A stretch of 64,000 nucleotides of DNA from Oscillospiraceae bacterium (GCA_031255515.1 JAIRSI010000063.1:1239-65238); one strand, 5' to 3'; shown: positions 49,869-58,210, numbered from the stretch's first letter. Notes: generated from the sequence alone by a model not told the origin. Numbers and translations are program-made.

Positions 49869-51431
49869 TTACATGATTTTGAATTTAATTAAATCTCGTA
49901 TAAGTTTATTTTTAAGAATATCTAACTCTTTGTCGAAATTTTTTAAAGTTGACATGAACTCGTCATACCGCTTTTCACACAAACCTATGTTCATGTCCAT
50001 ATAAAGTATACGGAAGTAATCACTGAAAACTCTGGAACGTCTATTCATTATTGAAGTCACATCTTCTTCAAAAGTTTTCCCGTGGGGAAGAAAAGGAGCT
50101 AAATGAAAAATAAATGTAGAAATTCCTGCAGTTTCTGTATCAAATATTAAAAAATACTTACGCAGAAACGTAGATACTTCGGCCGCAAACGGATGTAAAA
50201 AACGGTATGAATGTCCTTGTTTTAGAAAATCGTCAGTAGGAATTAGTAGACCATCTTCTTCGATTTTTTTCCTACTCATTGTTCCTGGATCTGCAACTAA
50301 ATGATGAACATAGTTGTCTAAATCATGTGGCTGATGTTCCTCTAAAAAAAGAAAATTTGCTCTGAGTCTTTCCGGTGTGGAATATGGGTTAATCATAATA
50401 AATCCATAATGATCTGAATAAATACCAGCTTCATTTAACTTCTTTAAAGCAAGTCTGTTTTTTTCAATAGTGGTTGCTTTATTATATAGTTTTAAATCAT
50501 ATTCATTCCCAGACTCCACACCTATTAATACTGCATGAAATCCGGCTTTTTTCATTAACTTAAATAAATCTGTATCAACTTTAGAAATAAAATTACTACG
50601 CAAATAGCAACGCAAGCTAACTTTCAAGTTGCTTTCAAAAATAAGATTACAAAAATCCTTAATCTTCTTTATACCTAATTCGCCACCAGGATCTTCGAAA
50701 CTTCCTCCTATAAGCCAAAAACATTTAATCGATGATTCATTACGTATTGTTTTAATTTCATTAAAAATACTTTCGGCTGATCGTCCAGTCCATTTTTTAT
50801 AGAACTGCCCACGAGTACAATACGCACATCTCATACAACATCCATGACTATCACAGATAAATGCATAGTAGTTATTATAAAAATTTTTACTATTTTTGAT
50901 AAAAAACCTGTCTGGAAGAGGTAATTCATTTATATCTATATTTAAAAATTCTTTATTATCGGTACTTTCTTTTGATACAATATTTTTGTGTTCTGCAACA
51001 AATTTAGATATATCATCGTTTTTGTTAATACAATCTATAAGTGAAGATAAAGTATATTCACAGTCCCCTAGAATAATATAATCAATATGCGAAAAACGCT
51101 TATCTTTAAGTATTTCTTTGTAGTAAATGGAGGCATACTTACCACTTAGTACAACTATACTATTTGGATTTTCACTTTTTATTTTATCGCCCAATTGGGA
51201 AAAAAACAAAATGTCATCAGGATATACTGACGATTCAGAATAAACGGACATCACATACAATTTACCACTAAAATCCAAGCAATAACAGCACTGATTGTCA
51301 ACGTCCATACCACCGCTGAAATGCGCATGGTTAGTTTTATATCCCTTTTCTGATAAATATGTTTTTAAACGCCCAGCTTCTATGTTTTCCAAACCATCAG
51401 TAGATCTTGATATTAATGTCGTTTTAATCAT
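49869..51431 (-). CDS. B12-binding-domain radical SAM enzyme (class B)
   Basis: CCMRCAYC (CX3CX2C) preceded by a ~180-aa Rossmann-like cobalamin-type domain. ATG 51431 is preceded by GGGGA. Confidence 0.8.
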   Translation of the reverse strand: MIKTTLISRSTDGLENIEAGRLKTYLSEKGYKTNHAHFSGGMDVDNQCCYCLDFSGKLYVMSVYSESSVYPDDILFFSQLGDKIKSENPNSIVVLSGKYASIYYKEILKDKRFSHIDYIILGDCEYTLSSLIDCINKNDDISKFVAEHKNIVSKESTDNKEFLNIDINELPLPDRFFIKNSKNFYNNYYAFICDSHGCCMRCAYCTRGQFYKKWTGRSAESIFNEIKTIRNESSIKCFWLIGGSFEDPGGELGIKKIKDFCNLIFESNLKVSLRCYLRSNFISKVDTDLFKLMKKAGFHAVLIGVESGNEYDLKLYNKATTIEKNRLALKKLNEAGIYSDHYGFIMINPYSTPERLRANFLFLEEHQPHDLDNYVHHLVADPGTMSRKKIEEDGLLIPTDDFLKQGHSYRFLHPFAAEVSTFLRKYFLIFDTETAGISTFIFHLAPFLPHGKTFEEDVTSIMNRRSRVFSDYFRILYMDMNIGLCEKRYDEFMSTLKNFDKELDILKNKLIRDLIKFKIM

Positions 51432-51469
51432 AAAAATCCCCATTCCTGTTTTAATTTAACCGTGAATCA

Positions 51470-52164
51470 ATAATAAAATTTTGGCCAATAACAGAAGTAG
51501 TCATGTCAGAGCTAATAAACAATATAAAATTCACTAGGTCAGATAGATTGTTTTTTATTGACAGGTAGCTACATTTTTTTACTTCGTCTTTTTTCGGGTT
51601 GATCCTTATCCAAGTTTATTTCTATGTATCCAGGACAAACCGTATTAATCTATATAAGGTGCGTATTCTTTTGCTGCAACTTTCGATAAAGCCAATAAAC
51701 CTACCTTAGATGCTAAATAACCGGCTTGATTTATACGTGTGGAAATTCCTTAAATAGAAGGTGATAAAATTATTTTTCCAAATTTTTGATGTTTCATTTG
51801 TTCTACAAAAACTTTTATAAAGTTCATAGAGCCAGATAGATTAACATCAATAACATCAGACCATAATTCAGATTCCAAATTAGGCAAATTAGAGTCTCGT
51901 GTTATTCCAGCGCCACTATATCTATTTTTGAAACATTAGTTAGAACAGTATCTCTAAGAGATGTAAGCCCACTATAATTTGTTATATCACAATAATGTTT
52001 ATTCCATCTATCTTTGTTTTCTGCACTAATTTTACGTTTATAGTATGTGTTGCTACAACATTTGCTCCTTCTTCATAAAAAGCTTTACTCAAGTTTAGCC
52101 CAATACCCGAAGATTCACCCACAACAACAACTTTATCACTAAAATCAACATTTATAGCATACAC
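51470..52164 (-). pseudogene. Short-chain dehydrogenase/reductase (FabG-like), multiply frameshifted
   Basis: KVVVVGESSGIGL Rossmann motif (51982-52164), then out-of-frame pieces including AGYLASKVGL (YxxxK), with stops between them. Confidence 0.7.
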
Positions 52165-52843
52165 CCTCCTTTTTCAACCCTTAACATAAACAAGACTCTC
52201 AGTCGCAGTTACCACAAATAATCTGCGAACAAAGAGTCTCTTCTTGATTACAAAATTTATCTAAATTTCTCTTTTTACTGATTCAGAAATAAAAAAACTT
52301 TTTAATATTAAACATCCCTTTTAAAAAATCATTATGAGGAGAAGCTATTTTAAAAATAGCAGAAAATCTTTCAAATTCTGAAATTCCTAAAAAGGTTACT
52401 CAATCAAAATTAGGCACCCCAGAGCAAATTAGAGCTGTGCTGTCTGAAAAAAGTCGTGACGGTTGCACGGAAAAATTAGAGAGTTGCTTTTAAAGCATGG
52501 CGCTGAAAAATTATCAGAAATTGATTGCTAAAAATATCCTTTGCTCCTTGCTGATACGGAGGCGTCATAAGATGGGTAAGCACGCACTATTGTCAGCGAT
52601 ATTATCGTATCCAATTTTCAGAAAAAATAAAAACCAAAAATGCGAACTTGACATTATCTTTTATTGGAGTTTATATAGGCAATGGAGCTTTTGAAACAAT
52701 ATAAACGTGGCAGATTGATGTGTTATAACCACACCAATGATCTTTTGACGCTTTTATTTCTTTGGTTCTCTTTTGACGGTTTTGCACCCAAAAACTTAAA
52801 AATCACTCGATTTTAGAAATTTTTAAACTTCCTAAAAATCAAT

Positions 52844-52865
52844 AATACCGCGGTACTACGGTATT
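52844..52865 (-). terminator. Putative terminator after tRNA-Ala
   Basis: 7-bp stem AATACCG/CGGTATT with an 8-nt loop, followed on the minus strand by ATTGATTTTTAGG; about 30 nt 3' of the tRNA. Confidence 0.45.
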
Positions 52866-52894
52866 AGGCGTTGTATTAATTTGCGATTTCTTTA

Positions 52895-52970
52895 TGGTGG
52901 AAGTGAGGGGAGTCGAACCCCTGACCTCTTGCATGCGAAGCAAACGCTCTCCCAACTGAGCTACACTCCC
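52895..52970 (-). tRNA. tRNA-Ala (anticodon CGC), CCA encoded
   Basis: 76 nt fold into a cloverleaf: acceptor GGGAGTG/CACTTCC with G3:U70, D-arm GCTC-AGTTGGGA-GAGC, anticodon loop TTCGCAT, T-arm AGGGG-TTCGACT-CCCCT. Confidence 0.95.
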
Positions 52971-53094
52971 AAAATAAACTTTAATGATATTTTAAGTTTT
53001 TAGGCACACTAATAATTTCTTTGCTCACTCCGGATTCTAGTTATCATCTAAAACTTTGCTGGATCCTAGTTGTCGTCTAAAATTCTACTAAATT

Positions 53095-54231
53095 TTAATT
53101 GTCATCTAAAGCTTTTCTAACCTCACTTAATATCATCTCCTTTACTTTTTCTAAGGTCTGAGCGATTACGCAACCCGCTGCATTCACATGACCTCCCCCT
53201 CCAAATTTTTCACATATACTGGCCGCATCTATAGGATCTTCGGTTCTAAGCGAAACTTTATAAAGATTCTCCTTTTCTTCTCTCACAGTAATTCCCACAA
53301 GCACCCCTTTGATCTGACGAGGTATATGCGAAAAGCAATGCGTATCTTCTGCACTGGCCCCGCTCTTTAGCAGCATTCTGCTAGTTATTGAAATCATAGC
53401 ACACCTTTGATCACAAAAAAAATCAAGACTCTCCAAAATAAAACCGTGTAACTTCATCTGTTCTTTGCTTTTATTTTCGAACACATTTTTATTAACAATT
53501 TTATTATTCGCCCCTTTTTCCAATAATTCGGCAATTATTCTGTGAGTCTTGGGTGTAACATTGGAATACCTAAAGCTTCCTGTGTCCGTCATAATGCCAG
53601 TGTAAATGCAAGTTGCTATTTTGGCATCGATTAATCCGAATGAATTCGCGATTTCATAAATAATCTCGCAGGTCGCAGAGGCTAGCTCATCTAAAAATGT
53701 GAAAGTCGCAAAATTTTTACTCGAATGGTGATGATCTATTGATATATCTACGTTCAATAAGCTTTCGAGCGATTCTCCCAAAAGATTTTTGTCGGCAATA
53801 TCAACGCCAATAACAAGATTATTTTCAAGGATATCAAGGCTTTTTTGAGCGCCGGAAACGAGGCTATTTTTAAAAGCATCAAGGTTTTTTTTAGCGCTGG
53901 AAGCAAGGCTACTTTTAAAATCATCAAAGTTTTTTTCAGCGCCGGAAACAAGGCTATTTTTAAAAGCATCAAGGTTTTTTTCGTGTGTATTCGCAAGCTC
54001 AAATATACCCTCGCCCGCAATTTCTTTGCTCGGGCGCTCGCTCAAAAACTTAAAATTCTCAGGCACGGGATCGCTGCAAAAAATTCTACATCTCTTTTTC
54101 AATTTTTTTAGAAGGTAAAAAAGAGCAAATGCAGAACCAATCGCATCTCCGTCGGGATTACTGTGTGTAACCACCACAAAATTATCCTTTTCTTTTAAAA
54201 CGCACAATATACTTTCTAGTTGTTTGTCCAT
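53095..54231 (-). CDS. nrnA: DHH/DHHA1 phosphoesterase NrnA (oligoribonuclease/pAp phosphatase) with internal repeat insertion
   Basis: HSNPDGDAIGS, DHHHSS and GGGGH motifs; about 55 extra aa between the DHH motifs. Confidence 0.85.
   Translation of the reverse strand: MDKQLESILCVLKEKDNFVVVTHSNPDGDAIGSAFALFYLLKKLKKRCRIFCSDPVPENFKFLSERPSKEIAGEGIFELANTHEKNLDAFKNSLVSGAEKNFDDFKSSLASSAKKNLDAFKNSLVSGAQKSLDILENNLVIGVDIADKNLLGESLESLLNVDISIDHHHSSKNFATFTFLDELASATCEIIYEIANSFGLIDAKIATCIYTGIMTDTGSFRYSNVTPKTHRIIAELLEKGANNKIVNKNVFENKSKEQMKLHGFILESLDFFCDQRCAMISITSRMLLKSGASAEDTHCFSHIPRQIKGVLVGITVREEKENLYKVSLRTEDPIDAASICEKFGGGGHVNAAGCVIAQTLEKVKEMILSEVRKALDDN
53833..53985. repeat. In-frame 45-bp tandem repeat (about 3.4 copies) inside nrnA
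   Basis: Copies start at 53833, 53878, 53923 and 53968 and encode NLDAFKNSLVSGAEK-like 15-aa units. Confidence 0.9.
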
Positions 54232-54269
54232 AAACTCGTCCTTCTTTTTAATTAGAGACAGTATGAAGC

Positions 54270-54626
54270 TTAATTTATTCTCAAATTTTGCTGAAATTCT
54301 CCGAATATCTTTTCAAGCTTTGCGCCATATTCTATAGAATTTGTTCTTATAAAGCGAACTTCAGGTGTGCGTCTGAGGCTTAAACGCAAAGACAGTCTCT
54401 TTCGGATAAATCCCGAGGCAACCCTCAAAATCTTAAACGTTTGAGCGGAATTACTCGCCTCGCCCATTATACTTACATAAACTCGACATATTGACAAGTC
54501 CTGCGTGACATCCACCCTGACAACGCTAATTATACTCCGTATTCTGGGATTATCAAGCTCTCCTAGTATTAAGCTAATTTCCCTTTTAATGTCGGACGAT
54601 ATTCTGTCTATTTTATGAACAGACAT
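54270..54626 (-). CDS. rbfA: Ribosome-binding factor A
   Basis: RISSDIKREISLIL and ISVVRVDVTQDLSICRVYV. ATG 54626 is preceded by GGAAGGAGAG (the ORF-track start at 54752 overlaps murI). Confidence 0.85.
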   Translation of the reverse strand: MSVHKIDRISSDIKREISLILGELDNPRIRSIISVVRVDVTQDLSICRVYVSIMGEASNSAQTFKILRVASGFIRKRLSLRLSLRRTPEVRFIRTNSIEYGAKLEKIFGEFQQNLRIN

Positions 54627-54714
54627 ACTACCACACTCTCCTTCCATTTCAAAACCGCTACTAGAATTGTAGCACATTTTGAAAATATTTTCATAAACTT
54701 TACACATTCGTAAA

Positions 54715-55533
54715 TTATTGCACATTAACTTTTTCAAGCGAATAAGGCACATTCCACTTCAAAAATTTGTCGGCCTCGAATTTGAAGCTTTCTATTTCAT
54801 CGCTGACAAAGAAAGAGTACTTTGCTTTGCTAGAATCATTGGCTAATAAAGAGGATTTTTCGAGAGTATTAGCTACAAAAAGTGCAGTTTCTCTGCCAGA
54901 ATCTATTAAATTAATATTTTTACCCATAATTTTTGATATAGCATCCTTTAAAATTGGATAATGCGTACATCCCAAAATTAAAGTATCAATCCCATGTTTC
55001 TTAAAATCAATCAGATAACGCCTTACGATTTCTAAAACAACCGGATCCTCGGGGGAAGTTACGCCATTTTCTACAAGAGGAACAAACAAAGGGCAGGATT
55101 TTTCGAAAATCGATAATTTTTCATCTATAATTTTAAGCTGCCTCGAATAAGCCCTACTTTTAATGGTAGCTTTCGTTCCTATAACTCCAATTTTGCCATT
55201 CTTGGTAAGCCTAGATGCTGCCAGCGCAGTTGGCCTGACCACTCCAGTTAAAACGTCCAGATCGTCGAGGGTCTGCGCGGCCACGGAACTGACAGTGCCG
55301 CAAGCCGCCACGATGGTTTTTACATTTAAAGATTTTAAAAACGATATATCTTGGCTCGAATATCTGATTATAGTTTCTTTACTCCTGACGCCGTAGGGAA
55401 CTCTGCCAGTATCTCCAAAATATATTATGCTTTCGTTTGGAAGAATCCTGGACAACTCACAAACTACGGTCAGCCCGCCAAGGCCGGAATCAAACACACC
55501 TATGGGCAAATTATTTTTTTTCAAAAGAATCAC
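54715..55533 (-). CDS. murI: Glutamate racemase
   Basis: IGVFDSGLGGLTV, GDTGRVPYG, ACGT and LGCTHYP motifs. Confidence 0.95.
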   Translation of the reverse strand: MILLKKNNLPIGVFDSGLGGLTVVCELSRILPNESIIYFGDTGRVPYGVRSKETIIRYSSQDISFLKSLNVKTIVAACGTVSSVAAQTLDDLDVLTGVVRPTALAASRLTKNGKIGVIGTKATIKSRAYSRQLKIIDEKLSIFEKSCPLFVPLVENGVTSPEDPVVLEIVRRYLIDFKKHGIDTLILGCTHYPILKDAISKIMGKNINLIDSGRETALFVANTLEKSSLLANDSSKAKYSFFVSDEIESFKFEADKFLKWNVPYSLEKVNVQ

Positions 55534-55626
55534 CCCGCTAAAACTTCCAGTTTACACTACGATACGCTCGCCCCAAATTATGCATCAGAAAATACCTCAA
55601 AAAGCAACACAAATCATTTTAGTTTT

Positions 55627-56715
55627 CTAAAAATTGTCATCTCTTTCTATTGCCAAATCTATCAATCTATCCAATAATTCCGGCGTGCTAATACCAGATT
55701 TTTCCATTAACAACGGAAACATGCTAAAACCCGTAAATCCCGGCATAGTATTTATTTCATTTAAGAGAATTTTAGAATCGCTGTCTCTAAGAAAAAAATC
55801 AACTCTAGACAAGCCACTGCATTCCATTACTTTATACGCCTTTTTGGCAATTTCTCGTATTTTTTGAGAAATTTCATGATCTACTTCGGCGGGAATACGA
55901 GCATTTAGTGTATTTGCGCCATATTTAACCTCGTAACTATAAAACTCATCCTCGAATGTAAGTTCTCCGACAAGCGAAACAAACATCTCTTCTTCTTTCA
56001 ATCCTCTTCCTAAAATTGCGCACTCTAATTCTCTTCCTTTTATCGCCTCTTCCACCAAAATTTTATAGTCCTCTTTTGCGGCTAGATCAATAGAAGTCTT
56101 AAGTTCAGTTTCGTTATCAGCTTTGCTCACTCCAACAGACGAGCCACTTCTTGCTGGTTTTACAAAAAACGGATAATTCCCCAACGAGTATTTTATTTTA
56201 TTGATAATTTTTTGAGGATTTTTCTTGTAATCCAAAAAATAAAACCAAAAATACTTAGGTTTTTCGATGCCGGAATTTGTAAGCAAAACATTGCTAATTA
56301 TTTTGTCCATACAATTGGACCCAGAAGCACTAGAGCAGCCCACAAAAGGCATTCGAGACAGCTCCAAACCAGCCTGAGTTCTGCCATCTTCGCCATTTTT
56401 ACCATGGAGCACGGGAAAAACGACAGACACATTGCAAAACTCAACCTGTTTATCGTCAAAAATAAAGAACCCTTTCTTTGAAGCGTTCGGCGAAAAAATC
56501 ACCTCTTTATTGAGCGGATGATCTTCCCAAGTCCCATCCGCTATACCGCGGGAAGGCCCAGAATATTTTAACCATTTCCCAAGTCTAGTGATGCCAACAG
56601 TAATCACGTTGTATTTTTCAGTAGATAAACTCCTCAAAATATTAACTGCAGAATCCCCAGAAACCTCATATTCGCTCGACGCGCCACCAAAAAGAAGAAC
56701 TATATTTTTCTTCAT
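55627..56715 (-). CDS. ddl: D-alanine--D-alanine ligase
   Basis: LLFGGASSEYEVS N-terminus, ATP-grasp core, C-terminal EINTMPGFT. ATG 56715 is preferred over 56820. Confidence 0.93.
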   Translation of the reverse strand: MKKNIVLLFGGASSEYEVSGDSAVNILRSLSTEKYNVITVGITRLGKWLKYSGPSRGIADGTWEDHPLNKEVIFSPNASKKGFFIFDDKQVEFCNVSVVFPVLHGKNGEDGRTQAGLELSRMPFVGCSSASGSNCMDKIISNVLLTNSGIEKPKYFWFYFLDYKKNPQKIINKIKYSLGNYPFFVKPARSGSSVGVSKADNETELKTSIDLAAKEDYKILVEEAIKGRELECAILGRGLKEEEMFVSLVGELTFEDEFYSYEVKYGANTLNARIPAEVDHEISQKIREIAKKAYKVMECSGLSRVDFFLRDSDSKILLNEINTMPGFTGFSMFPLLMEKSGISTPELLDRLIDLAIERDDNF

Positions 56716-57004
56716 AACTCCAGATGTTGCCCCCTTGCTCCTAATTTTAATCAAAAACCTAAAGATTAAGGCTCTTGATCTGCAAAAACCACGCGCCAAA
56801 GCGACCGAGCAAATTAACAAGCCATAGAGTCTTCAGTTTACCGCATTATATGACTAAAGTCAAAATTTAGCTCCACATCCCGCGTGGCACAGCTTGCTCA
56901 TCAAACCTTTAGCCCCTATAATATACGTAGTCCACACTGGATAACTCCAACTACCGCGCGTTAAAACTCAAAAGGCCATAAAAATTTAACTGGAGGTCAA
57001 AAAA

Positions 57005-57904
57005 ATGCTAGATAAAAGCGGAATTTTAGTTGTAAATAAACCCAAGGGAATTTCGTCATTTGGCGTTGTTTCCTCCATGAAAAAAATTTTAAACTGCAAA
57101 AAAGTCGGCCACTGTGGAACCCTTGATCCGCTGGCCACGGGAGTTTTACCCATACTCCTGGGAAAAGCAACCAAAGCTCTACAGTTTATGCCCGACACAA
57201 AAAAAATCTACATAGCATCATTTCGTCTCGGCATCACAACTGACACGCAAGATGCACTGGGCAAAATTTTAACGAGGTCAGATTTTTCTATTAGTAGATC
57301 TGCTTGCGAGGGTGCTCTATCTAAATTTATTGGAGAAATTCTTCAAATCCCTCCCATGTACTCCGCTTTAAAAAAAAATGGCAAGTGCCTTTATCAGTTT
57401 GCAAGAGAAGGAATAGAAATTCTGCGCCAGCCAAGACCCATTTTCATCTACAAAATGAAATTAACAGATTTTAATGAAGACACTGGATTCGGCAAATTTG
57501 TCACGGAATGTTCGAGTGGTACTTATATGCGTACTATCTGTCATGATTTGGGCCAAAAGCTCGGATGTGGAGCAATAATGACAGATTTAATCAGAATCAA
57601 TTCCTGCGGTTTCTCCATAAAGAACAGCATAACGCTAGAAAAAATTGAAGAATCGCCAAAAAACGCACAAAATGCCCTGTTTGAGCTGGACTCACTCTTC
57701 AGCATTTACCACAAAATTAACGTTAGCGCCGCACAGACGTTTAGATTTAAATGCGGAGGAGCGTTGGCACTTGATCGTTTAAAGATATTTCATGGAATTA
57801 AAAACAACGAAATTCTTAGGGTATATGACCCGGAAGAAAAATTTGTAGGACTAGGAAAAATTTTAGAGCAAGAGCACAAACTGGCCGTTTTGAAAAGCTT
57901 CTAA
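57005..57904 (+). CDS. truB: tRNA pseudouridine(55) synthase TruB
   Basis: GILVVNKPKGISS and VGHCGTLDPLATGVL catalytic Asp motif. Confidence 0.95.
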   Translation: MLDKSGILVVNKPKGISSFGVVSSMKKILNCKKVGHCGTLDPLATGVLPILLGKATKALQFMPDTKKIYIASFRLGITTDTQDALGKILTRSDFSISRSACEGALSKFIGEILQIPPMYSALKKNGKCLYQFAREGIEILRQPRPIFIYKMKLTDFNEDTGFGKFVTECSSGTYMRTICHDLGQKLGCGAIMTDLIRINSCGFSIKNSITLEKIEESPKNAQNALFELDSLFSIYHKINVSAAQTFRFKCGGALALDRLKIFHGIKNNEILRVYDPEEKFVGLGKILEQEHKLAVLKSF

Positions 57905-58053
57905 ATGGCAAACTGCCTGCCACCTTTCGTAGCTTCGGAGACGTCGCACAACCACCACTGCTCGACGGCTCTTGCAAATCAAAACTTGCTAAAAGGCCCG
58001 TGTCGCCGTGCCTTTCACTTTAAAAAAATCTCTTTTGCGGGGGGCGCTTCTTC

Positions 58054-58210
58054 GTCTGAAGTAAGTTTTGTTATCCTTTACCGCGAAAGTTAGATCTAGC
58101 TCGCCGCACTCATGGGCGTTCATTCTTCTAACGCTCTTGTCTGAAGTAAGTTTTGTTATCTTTTGCCGCGGAAGTTAAGTCCAGCTCGCCGCGCTCATCG
58201 CCGTTCATTT
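58054..58210. repeat. Imperfect ~72-bp direct duplication of the ftsQ/divIB 3' end (copies 58054-58125 and 58139-58210)
   Basis: GTCTGAAGTAAGTTTTGTTATC...AGCTCGCCGC.CTCAT...GTTCATT occurs twice, 85 bp apart. The inner copy encodes the C-terminal residues of the gene. Confidence 0.85.

Larger units (their letters stand above)
27022..51443 (-). other. Biosynthetic operon (about 24 kb): 22 intact co-directional ORFs plus one nonsense-disrupted ORF; modified pyrimidine nucleotide module plus carrier-protein/NRPS-like, tailoring and export genes
   Basis: Uniform strand; gaps mostly under 50 nt, with overlapping stop/start codons at 40084-40087, 49555-49558, 30479-30486 and 33996-33999. Members are listed individually below. 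Confidence 0.8.

Noticed and set aside
27022-51443. RiPP cluster (B12-radical SAM + PF14907-like protein + papain/C39-fold proteins + ABC exporters)
   Set aside because: The intergenic gaps are too small to hide a precursor gene. The three small ORFs all carry carrier-protein Ser motifs, and a PPTase, an NRPS A domain and an ANL ligase are present. RiPP-type chemistry is still not formally excluded.
27022-51443. Prophage-derived DNA hypermodification module (TS-like hydroxymethylase + kinase + glycosyltransferase)
   Set aside because: No phage structural, replication, integrase or lysis genes are present. The PPTase, carrier proteins and dedicated exporter point to a small-molecule product. 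The T4 parallel is kept only as an enzymological analogy.
52170-52890. Integrase or transposase remnant between the SDR pseudogene and tRNA-Ala
   Set aside because: Only short ORFs with no recognisable recombinase or DDE motifs were found. The idea is retained only as a place to look for att-like repeats.
57905-58093. 62-aa ORF directly after truB
   Set aside because: It has no RBS spacing (the ATG immediately follows the truB stop), its composition is atypical, and it runs through the duplicated ftsQ tail. It is most likely non-coding.
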